Below are positions 41,095-51,000 of a stretch of 64,000 nt of DNA, one piece after another. Position numbers and translations under genes: made by a program. Location: NCBI GenBank assembly GCA_020696385.1, contig JAEHCQ010000003.1:33889-97888 (forward strand). Reading direction: 5' to 3'. Below the pieces are notes generated by a model. It was not told the DNA's origin. It saw only the letters and a program-made list of their open reading frames with translations, and did no database searches. Origin of the DNA: Methanobacteriota archaeon (GTDB lineage Archaea; Thermoplasmatota; Thermoplasmata; SG8-5; JAGLSY01). The number at the start of each line of letters is the position of its first letter. Position 1 is the stretch's first letter.

Positions 41095-42795
41095 TCAATT
41101 TTTCTGCTTTGCATTCTTTTTGTTCTGTATTTTAGCCCAAGAATCCCTGAGGCCAACAGTTCTGTTGAATATGATATTCTCATCGGATGAATCCGGATCA
41201 ACACAGAAGTATCCAGTCCTCTCGAACTGCACAGTATCCCCATGCTTGAGATCCTTTACGGCAGGCTCCACCTTGCAGCCTGCCAGTGTCTTGAGTGAGT
41301 CGGGATTGATGAACTCCTTGTAATCATGCTCTTTTTCACCAAGGGGATGTTCCACCGTGAAAAGCCTGTCGTATAGGCGTATCTCCGTGTCAATGGATTC
41401 GGTCGCTGATACCCAATGAATGGTGGCCTTGACCTTGCGGCCATCAGGAGCATTGCCGCCACGACTGTCCAGATCCACGGAGCAATGCAATTCAACAACC
41501 TCGCCAGCATCATTTTTCACGACATCATTGTATGTCAGCAAGTACGCATATCTTAGGCGAACTTCCCGACCAGGTGCGAGCCTGAAGAATTTCTTGACTG
41601 GCTCCTCCATGAAATCCGCGCGCTCGATGAATATTTCTCGAGTAAAAGGAACCTGGCGACTTCCCGCATCCGGATCCTCTGGATTGTTTATGGCATCCAG
41701 CATGTCGATCTCGCCCTCCGGGAAATTGTCGATAACTATCTTGAGCGGGTCAAGAACTCCCATGACTCGCGATGCTTTTTTATTCAGATCATCGCGAACG
41801 CAAGCCTCCAGTAATTCGAAGGCGATGACATTCGCCTTCTTCGCAATACCTGCTCGAGAGCAGAATTCCTTGACGGCCTCGGGGGTGTAGCCGCGCCTCC
41901 GCATGCCACATATTGTCGGCATGCGCGGATCATCCCAGCCATTGACAAGCTCCTTGGTCACAAGCTCCTTGAGGAAACGCTTGCTCATTATCGTGTAAGA
42001 AACATTCATCCTGGCAAACTCGATCTGCTGTGGATGATAGATACCCAGCTCATCCAGGAACCAGTCGTAAAGTGGTCGATGATTTTCGAATTCTATCGAG
42101 CAAAGCGAGTGAGTGATACCCTCAATGGAATCCTCCAGGCCATGTGCCCAATCATAAATTGGATAGATACACCATTCGTCACCAGTATGCGGGTGGGTGG
42201 CATGCAGGATCCTGTACATTGGCGGGTCGCGCATATTCATGTTCGGATGCGCCATATCGATCTTCGCCCTCAGCGTCTTGGAGCCATCCGGGAATTCACC
42301 CTTCTTCATCCTCTCGAAGAGATCCAGGCTTTCCTCAACTGATCTTTCACGGTTGGGGCTGTTCCTACCGAGGTTATTGTAATCACCTCGGTATTCCTTC
42401 ATTTCCTCCGCATTGAGGTCGCAAACATACGCCTTGCCTTTTTTGATAAGGTCAATAGCATAGTCATACATCTGCTGGAAATAATCAGATGAGAATAATA
42501 GGCGATCCTCGAAATCCGCACCCAGCCATTTCACATCTTCCACGATGGAATCAATGAATTCCTTTTCTTCCGCAATGGGATTCGTGTCATCGAATCTAAG
42601 ATTGAATTTACCGCCATATTCGTCCGCGATCCCGTAATTGACCCAGATGGCCTTCGCACTGCCCAAGTGCAGGTATCCATTTGGCTCTGGTGGAAATCGA
42701 GTATGCACTCGTCCATCGTATTTCTTGGTCTTGAGGTCCTCGTCTATGACCTGTCTTATAAAATCGCGTGATTGGCTTTCTTCCATTGGATTCAC
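41095..42795 (-). CDS. glnS: glutaminyl-tRNA synthetase, bacterial type
   Basis: 566 aa that aligns along its whole length with E. coli GlnRS as recalled. Matches include NFIRQIIDEDL / DFIRQVIDEDL, VHTRFPPEPNGYLHIGHAK / VHTRFPPEPNGYLHLGSAK (HIGH motif), NLRFDDTNP, CIYPMYDF / CIYPIYDW, VMSKR (KMSKS-type), GWDDPRMPTI, RKVKG.IHWVSA, and NRTVGLRD.WAK at the C-terminus. Confidence 0.85.
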   Translation of the reverse strand: MNPMEESQSRDFIRQVIDEDLKTKKYDGRVHTRFPPEPNGYLHLGSAKAIWVNYGIADEYGGKFNLRFDDTNPIAEEKEFIDSIVEDVKWLGADFEDRLLFSSDYFQQMYDYAIDLIKKGKAYVCDLNAEEMKEYRGDYNNLGRNSPNRERSVEESLDLFERMKKGEFPDGSKTLRAKIDMAHPNMNMRDPPMYRILHATHPHTGDEWCIYPIYDWAHGLEDSIEGITHSLCSIEFENHRPLYDWFLDELGIYHPQQIEFARMNVSYTIMSKRFLKELVTKELVNGWDDPRMPTICGMRRRGYTPEAVKEFCSRAGIAKKANVIAFELLEACVRDDLNKKASRVMGVLDPLKIVIDNFPEGEIDMLDAINNPEDPDAGSRQVPFTREIFIERADFMEEPVKKFFRLAPGREVRLRYAYLLTYNDVVKNDAGEVVELHCSVDLDSRGGNAPDGRKVKATIHWVSATESIDTEIRLYDRLFTVEHPLGEKEHDYKEFINPDSLKTLAGCKVEPAVKDLKHGDTVQFERTGYFCVDPDSSDENIIFNRTVGLRDSWAKIQNKKNAKQKN

Positions 42796-42928
42796 CTTTT
42801 ATGGCCTAGGCTAATTGGAATTACCTAATTAATGTTTCTTTGGCAAACCATTCAAAAAGTAGGGTATCCAAAAAACGGGGTGCCAGGCATTATAAAAAAT
42901 CATAGATTTTAACGGTAAAAAAAGAAAG

Positions 42929-43002
42929 AGCCATTGGAGAGATTTGAACTCCCGACCTGCTGATTACAAATCAGCCGCTCAACCGGGCTAAGCTACAATG
43001 GC
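42929..43002 (-). tRNA. tRNA-Thr (anticodon UGU), no encoded CCA
   Basis: The reverse complement folds as acceptor GCCATTG/CAATGGC, D-arm GCTT-AGCCCGGTT-GAGC, anticodon arm GCTGA-TTTGTAA-TCAGC, T-arm GGGAG-TTCAAAT-CTCTC, and discriminator U. Confidence 0.8.
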
Positions 43003-43246
43003 GTATGCATTCTGTACCAATGGCCATTGTAGGTCGAGCTTCAATGGCGCATGGTATTATTACCCCTGGAAGTTAAATTTATATAAATATCTATTGAATG
43101 ACAAATCATTGCAAATGAGTTAAATATCAATTCGTTTTTACACGGTTGCTGAAATATGCAAAATGTGCTCAATTGCCTCGAGGTGTGAACACGGAACTTA
43201 AGTTCCTTAGTTGACACCACTCGGCTGTTGGGTATAAAAAACCCAA

Positions 43247-43318
43247 CAGCCTCGTAGTGTAGCGGTTATCATGGGAGACTCTGGATCTCTCGACTCCAGT
43301 TCAAATCTGGACGAGGCT
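43247..43318 (+). tRNA. tRNA-Gln (anticodon CUG), A1:U72 and discriminator A73, no encoded CCA
   Basis: Acceptor AGCCTCG/CGAGGCT, anticodon arm GGAGA-CTCTGGA-TCTCT (U33, anticodon CTG, G37), T-arm TCCAG-TTCAAAT-CTGGA. The D-arm TAGTGTAGCGGTTATCAT resembles archaeal tRNA-Gln. Confidence 0.7.
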
Positions 43319-43990
43319 ATATATTTTTATTAATGAGTCCAGATTTGAACTTAGCCCGAAAATGAATATCAACATTTTACAGCTTAATGCTAGGGCGTGA
43401 GCGTGGATTCGCAAGGCTAATCCACGTCATATTCAAAGAGGCTACCATATTTTATCACTTCATAAGTTTGATTTATCTTAACACAGTGAAGATCCATATA
43501 AAGAAAATGTAAACAATAATAACCGCCGAAATTCCTAAAAATAACAAAAAAAGTTGTGCGAAATAATCCTTTATATACTTTTCTATGGTCTATATTTAAA
43601 GGTTATTGCCAAAAAAATAATACCCACCAAAAGGTCTTTATATCTCCCTTCACAATAACCAAAATGGGATTGTGGCAAGGTGTTCGTTCCCTTGATATAG
43701 AATACCTTGCTTCGCCTCCTTATTTTTCAAATAATAGATCAATTATGAAATATAATTTTAAATTTTAATCCAGAAACATATGACATACTCTCAGGAAAAA
43801 AGGTGAAGCGAAAGGAAAAAGTAAACTTTATGGGGGAAGAGAGTCTAACAAAATGCCCCTCCGCTTCGTCACCAGCATATTGTAATTAGAATATAAGGTT
43901 TACGATTTGTATGACGGCATTCTACAGGCAGAGCAATATGATATTGTTATAGTGACTAGGTCATGTCTGCCATTATAATAGTCATGTCAA

Positions 43991-44818
43991 TTATTCCAAT
44001 TTTTTATGGATATAGGAATCTCCTTCTTCCCAATATCTCAACCCATCCACAAGCAGTCCATTCTCATCTCTCAGGAATATCACATCACCGTTATTATTCC
44101 ATATGGATGAGTCACTTCCCCAATATACCGTGATATTGGAATCCGTACCAGTTCCGCTTGCGAGAGATATTGAAGTGCCTGGCTCAAAAGTAATATCATC
44201 AAATCCATACATATGAGTTGCCTCATCCTTCACATTCCAATAGGTCATGTTGATCGGATCATCCCCATTGTTCGTAAATGTTATTGTCTCATAGTTCAGG
44301 CCAGCATCCCCCGAGAGCTGGATCGGCTGGAAATCGGATATCACCACATCATAAGGAGATGGTTCCCATAGGCCTCTCTTGGCCGCGATGGCCTCAGCCT
44401 CAGCCTCCTTTAGTTCGTCCCAGTATTTCGAATTGGGCTCGATGACATAGACATGGGCATAGCCCGACCTCACCATTTCCAGATTGACATGGACATCCCC
44501 CGCCCATACATAGCGCAGGAGTCGGCCGTAACCGTCCTTATCGGCCACATCGCCCTCCAGCCTTATCTCGCCTCCACCAAGGAGCTCTTCAAGCCTTTCT
44601 GTGGCCTTATCGGCGTATGGCACGCCCCTCTCGGGAGTGTTGATCCCCAGAAAACGTATCGAATCTCCATTCGTGGTCCTGATAGTATCTCCATCGACCA
44701 CGTAATCCACATGAGTGAATTCATCATTAGCACTTGGAAGTATATCCGAAGAAATAAGGATGCCAGCAGCTGCCAGGACCAGAATAATTACAGCTACCGC
44801 GATCTTGCCAGAGGACAT
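43991..44818 (-). CDS. secreted/membrane-anchored thermonuclease (SNase-like) with C-terminal lamin-tail domain (LTD)
   Basis: N-terminal signal anchor (IAVAVIILVLAAAGILI). SNase core (VVDGDTIRTTNGDSIRFLGINTPE...YGRLLRYVWAGDVHVNLEMVRSGYAHVY...AEAEAIAAKRGLW). A ~120-aa LTD follows (ISDFQPIQLSGDAGLNYETITFTNNGDDPINMTYWNVKD...IWNNNGDVIFLRDENGLLVD). Confidence 0.8.
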   Translation of the reverse strand: MSSGKIAVAVIILVLAAAGILISSDILPSANDEFTHVDYVVDGDTIRTTNGDSIRFLGINTPERGVPYADKATERLEELLGGGEIRLEGDVADKDGYGRLLRYVWAGDVHVNLEMVRSGYAHVYVIEPNSKYWDELKEAEAEAIAAKRGLWEPSPYDVVISDFQPIQLSGDAGLNYETITFTNNGDDPINMTYWNVKDEATHMYGFDDITFEPGTSISLASGTGTDSNITVYWGSDSSIWNNNGDVIFLRDENGLLVDGLRYWEEGDSYIHKKLE

Positions 44819-44924
44819 GAACCTGCATAGCCAGAAGGATAATTAAACCTATCTTTGGTGTTGGGAGTCCTCGGTTTTATAGATAGGTTGTCTGAAAAGG
44901 TAAGATTATCTGAAAGTAGAAAAT

Positions 44925-44968
44925 TACCTGAAAAAGGTAAGATTGCCTGCGGCAGTTAATACCGCAGG
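44925..44968 (-). terminator. putative terminator of the 4015-aa gene (hairpin cctgcgg-cagttaata-ccgcagg, then U-tract on the minus strand)
   Basis: 7-bp GC stem at 44946-44968. The minus-strand RNA continues CAAUCUUACCUUUUUCAGG. Confidence 0.45.
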
Positions 44969-45009
44969 CATTGGCTTTGACTTCAGTGTCCTGTCTAGAA
45001 TATTCCAGA

Positions 45010-48000
45010 TCATTCTTCCTCGCTGGTCTTCATGCTATCAGCACAATCATTGCAGACGAAATCACCTTCTCCATCAGAGGATCCAGTCTTTCCAGACACT
45101 CCACAGTACGCACATTTGTCCTCTTTTGCTGGTTCAGGCTTCTCCTTATCGCTGCCACCCTTTCTCATGCTGATGACGGTGTTGACAAGAAGCAGGATTA
45201 TGACTATTATCAGAAGCAGCATGATGATGTTCTGATTTCCCTGCTGCTCACTTGACTCCGCACCCACCTTGTCCATCACGCTGGCCTCTGCCTCATCCAG
45301 ACTTTGTGCCAATGTGAAGAGATCGGCTCGGATCTCATCCAGTTTTGCAAGCTCTGCAAGAGTGTCATCGATATCTGCCAGGGTTGCATTGATATTATCC
45401 TGGAAGTCCATGATGTCCTGGTTCAGAGCCTGAAGATAAAGTAGAGCTCCAATGTCATGGGATGATAGATTGGCGGATATCCAATTCAGCCTCTGAGTTA
45501 ATTCGGCCAGTGTCAATGAATTGAGGTCACGGATAGTGTCATCGAGTAGAACCAGATCAGCAGTCATATTCTCATCATGAGATACCAGAAGCTCTCTCAG
45601 TCCGGCCAGTGAATTATTGAGGTCACTGTAGAAGCCATCCACCATGTTCTCAAGATCAACTATCCTGCTGTCCAGGTAGGCAGTGTCTGCATCCAGAGCG
45701 GCGATCATATCGATCAGCGCAGATGCAAGACCGTCCTGCATCGTGATGTTCAGACCATCCAGATCCATACTGAGACCATCCAATAGAAGGGTCAGGTCAG
45801 CTGTCTGATTCATTATCTGACTGTACAAAGCGAAGTCCACCCTGGCCAGTTCGTCCATGAAGGTCAGATTAAGGCCATCTATGAGACTGGTCAGGTTTCC
45901 CTCGACCTGCCATAGGTCCGAATACAGGCTGGCAACTGTCATGTTCAGGTAATCGATGTCCGCCTGAAGATCTGACACACTCATATTCAGCCAGGCAAGA
46001 TCTATCTGCACCTGAAGTAGAGTGGCATTGACATAATCAACATCGGCCTGCATAAGATCCAAAGTGGTATTGAAGTCTGCCCAGTAAGCAGATATCTGAC
46101 CATATGTCATCATATTCTCCATTGAGAGATTCGTCATACCGGAATCCATTGCGAATCTCATACTCGCTATGCTCGCATCCATCGCAGATATGTTAAGGTC
46201 CTGCGATGACAGCATTCCGCTTATGTATGATTCTGTGGCCGCCATGTCAGTCCAGGTTGTATTGAACCAGGCATTGGTTTGACTTGTCTGGGCCATAATG
46301 TCACCCCAGGTCATATTGAACCAATCATTGACCTGACTTGTCTGGGATGACGCATCAGCCCAGGTTGTGTTGAACCAATCATTGATCTGGGATGTCTGGG
46401 CTGCCATCGTGGTATTGTAATGTGCCCAGAACACTGTGAATTCCGCCCTCAGATCATTCAGGGATGACTGCATCGCCAGCTGTGTCATATTAGCAAAGTT
46501 CAGATCGTTCTGGATCTGTGTCATCGTGGTATTCCAGGATGTCCAGTATAGGCTCTGCAATGTATGTGTGTCATTATGCTGGCCCCACATTATCTGGAAA
46601 TAGTTCTGCATCGCGGCATCCATACTGGTCAGATTGGCATCCAGCTGTCCAAGATTTCCGGACAGATCGCTCAGAAGCAGGGTGATATTCGCCTCGAAGC
46701 CACTCATCTGGCTCCTGATGCTGGCGCCCTCGGCCTGGATGGTCAAGTTCAGACCATCCATCGTGGTGTTCAGATAGTTCTGATATGCCTGGAAATACAG
46801 ATGCCAGTTATCCCATGTTAGATTGAAATCATCCCTGTGTGCGAGCAATTGTGCCAGTATGATATTGGCCGTCGCATCCAAAGATGCAAGATCAAGCTGT
46901 ACTTGCAGAAGTGTGGCATTGAGGAAATCAATGTCCGCGCCCAGTGCGGCAGATGTCATATTCCAGTCTGCCCAGTAGAGGCCATGTAGTGCTTGTGTAT
47001 CATTGTGCTCGTCCCACATAGACTGGAAATAGGCCTGCATGACCGCATCCATGTTGGTCACATTAATATCCAACTGCCCAAGGTCAGCATCCAGATCATT
47101 CAAGAGAGCGGTCATATTGCCCTCGAAATCATTCATCTGGGTGTATACAATAGCTATCTGGTCCTGAAGTGTTATGTTCAATCCGTCAGTCGTTGTATTG
47201 AAATATGACCAGTATGAATCGAACTGCGCGTCCCATGTTGCCCAGGTTGCATTGAAATCAGTCCAATATGCCTGTATCAGCGCATTGTTCGCAGTCACTG
47301 TCGCATTGATATCAGTAATTGTCTGGATCCAGCCAACGACCTCGAAGCTGGTTATTCCAATGTAATTGAAGCCAGCTATCTGGGCGTTCACTGCAACGAA
47401 GTAGGTTCCTGCCGCGGGTATGCTGTCACTGTATGTGTAGAGCCCGAATGATGCATCCAGTATGTTCATGGATGCATTGTCCACGATCTTTGTCATGGTG
47501 TCGTCAAATATGGTCACGCTCACATTGGTGAAAGCGTCTGGCACCAATGCCTGACCGTTCTGGGTTACGGATGCCATGATATCATATTCAACACCATTGG
47601 CATCGTACTGAAGACCAGTTGTGACATCCACATTTGTTGGTGGTGTTGTGGAAGATAGGGTCACGGTGACTTCCTTTGACATATCGATTGAAGCAACAGT
47701 GGAGCCCATCAAAAGACCATTATTGGCAATAGCCAAATGCGGTGTATTAGCTGTCTGGCTAGCCTGATCCTCGACATACTCTGTCACAATATTCCATCTG
47801 GCATATCCATTAGCATCGGCATTCACATTGTAAAGCGGTGTATTGAAGATATCAGCGATCTCCACCTGTGCTCCTGGTACTGGCTGCATCATGTCATCAC
47901 GCACGTACACATCCATGAACCACTGTATCTCAAGTGTGGAGAGCGCATCCATATAATTTATGGATGCCTTGTTAAAGGTCGAGTTCAGTGTCGTGATGTG

Positions 48001-51000
48001 GCTGTCCTGGTCCAATGCCAACTCAAAGCCATTGCCAGAGAACGTGAAGTTCTCAATGGTGAAGGTACTGTCAACACCAAAAACACCGGTCGGAGAGTTG
48101 GTTATGGTATTCAGAGACATTGGAGTGGTATAATCAGAACCCCTTACACCCAGTCCAAAAGCCGTAAGTGCGTTCATTGTGTTGCCAGTTATGAGATTGT
48201 CACCAGAGTCCCAAGAATAGATACCTATGGGGCTGCTGGTTATAATGTTCGATATTACAGTGTTGCCGAATGTCCCATCAGACAATCTGATACCTTCAGA
48301 GATCGCGCCGGTAATAGTATTGCCAGATACAAGATTTCCAGTGGATGTAAGAGTGACTAAGACCCCTATCATTGAAGAGCTCATCAAATTGTTTGTAACA
48401 TAGTTCGAATCTGAATCACTTAAACTGATATCATTCTGGGCATTGCTATTGAATGTTGAACCGTTGATCACATTGTAATTTGACGATTGTAATCTTATGC
48501 CTCGCCATAGGCTTGAGGTGATCGTGGAGCCCTCGATGGTATTGTAATCACAATTAAAGGCAAACACCCCCCCACTGTCACTGTTCGTGATCACAGTATT
48601 GATAATGGTGTTGTAATCGGCATCACGCAGGTACAATCCATATCCCTCATCGCTATTGGATATCGTCGAGTTGATTATGTAGTTGTTATCTGACCTAAGG
48701 TACAATCCATGAGCATTGCCAGTGAATGTCGCATTGTAGAGAAATACGCCGTTTGCGTATACTTCCACACCTTCATTTGACCAATCCCAGCCGGCATCCC
48801 TAATGGTACTGTTCTCCACCCTGAAGCCAGCACCACTCATCACATTGATAAGATATCCAAAGGTCGTGTTGGACATCACAGTGCTTCCTTCGATTAGATT
48901 GAAGGTACCTGTGGAGTTCACCTGGATAAGATACTGGCCATGGAAGGCATTGTTCATTCTCAGCTCGGTCTCGTCAAGTATCAAAGAACCACCGCTCTCG
49001 ACCCAAATATCACCAGTCTGGTTCCAGAAGGATGGATCCACAGTTAGTGTTCCGCCATTCCTTATGACCAGCTGGCCAGTGAGATTGAATGATGAGTCCC
49101 TTATCAGGACATCGACACCATCGACGGTGACATCCTCGAAGTACGTCATGTCATCAAGATGTAATTCATCGCCATCACTTGCATTGGCGATGGCTCCCTG
49201 TAGTGTATCATACCACAATCCCTGGTCCCAATTGAGAACATGCTGGTCAGGATGTAACATATTCCATCCGAATGGGTTGGTATGGGGGAAATAATCAGTT
49301 GAGTCACCGTCGATCACGTATGGAACATCGACAAAGCCATCCCAGTTTATGTCCGGAGATGTCCAGGTGTCGAAATAATTACCACCCTGGGCATACCCTA
49401 GATTGTAGGTGTTGGCTGCGAAAGAATCCAATATATGCACAGTGTTATTGATGAAATTATTGTGGAATATGTAATTCCCATTGAAGCTGCCAGGTGATGT
49501 CACATAAATACCATTGGTTCCATCCCTGAAGGTATTATTGCTGATCTCATTGCCATTGGCAGTATTTGCTGAGCCACCATTCCATATCCCATTACCATTG
49601 CCAGATACCATGTTCCATCTTATCAGATTGTTATCTGAGTAATCCCAGATCCTGAATCCAATGCCTGAATTCAAAATGGTATTGTTGTTTATATCACAAA
49701 GATCCGTATTGACTATATTTATTCCATTGGCCGCATTGTCATAAAAGTCATTATATCGGACAATAACGCCATCGGCACCATTGAGCATCAATCCGTCCAA
49801 ACCATTCCCGTATATCATGTTCTGGAAGACCGTGGCTCCATCGGAGAACAGGTAAAGGCCAGTTCCGGTATTGTTGTAGATCGTGTTATTGGCTATATAA
49901 TGCGGTGATGTGGAATCCATCTGGATACCCTGACCACCATTGAATCCAACGGTATTACTCTCGATGATAGCATCATCAGGATAAGATCCCTCAAAGTAAA
50001 TTCCTGCGCCAGTGTTGTTGTGGACGTAATTATCGATCACCTCTGCCCAATCAGCATACCAGTAGAAGTTGATACCCTCTTCAGAATTGTAAGATATCTC
50101 ATTTCTATATATCTTATTGGAGTCGCCGTGGTAAACGTAGATACCGATCCTATTGTATTGAATAGTATTGTCAAGTATCTTGTTATTATCACAGTCATCA
50201 TCTTCCAGTGCTATGCCATCTACAGTGCTGTTCGTCACGGTGTTATTGTGTATCGTGTTTAATGTAGAGGTTCCGTACATTGATAATCCATTGGCCGCAC
50301 TGTTATTGATAGTGTTCCAGGCAATTATATTGGATGATCCTCTGAAGCGCATTCCATAGCTGTTCGAATCCAATATATCATTATCTCTGAAGATATTCGA
50401 GTTACCTGTGGAGATGATACCATATAGATTGGTATTGATGATCGTGTTATTATGAACCTTTGTTGAGTCACTGGCACTGTACATATCGATACCATAGGAG
50501 TTCGTATCGCTGATCGTATTATGGGAAATGATATTGTTGGACGCTCCGGTGAAGTATATTCCAGTTGCCCCGCCTGTTATGGTATTGTTGTCGACAATAC
50601 AATTTGTTGGACCATCGATCTGTAATATGTTCTGAGCAGTCGAGGAGGCCGAGAGGTCATTCCAGGTCACATTGTTCCACTGGCTAACACTGGTTATCCT
50701 GAGCTGACCAATATTGTCAATGATATCGTTTTGTGTAATGGTGTTAGAATCAGAACCATCAGCAACATAAATTCCCAGGTTGCCATTGTCATATACCATA
50801 TTGTTCTCGATCAGGTTGAAATTTGAATTCCAGACAACTCTGATTCCAGTCAATATATTTGAGCCCATTGAACTATTGGCTACATAACTGTAGTTTGAAT
50901 TATAGTATCCAAGGCCAAAGTAATTCCCGGTAACATTGACACTTTCCACTTTGACGTGTTCCGCATACCATATGGCAAGACCAGCATCATTGCCAGAACT

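Noticed and set aside
41095-42795. Annotating the aaRS as archaeal/eukaryal-type glutamyl-tRNA synthetase
   Set aside because: Recalled E. coli GlnRS motifs match along the entire length, including the C-terminal anticodon-binding domain, which GluRS proteins lack in this form. Only phylogeny can settle this; see findings.
43556-43768. 70-aa ORF in the AT-rich spacer next to tRNA-Gln
   Set aside because: Low-complexity translation, no SD or promoter context, and it lies in a 670-bp AT-rich non-coding stretch. It is probably spurious.
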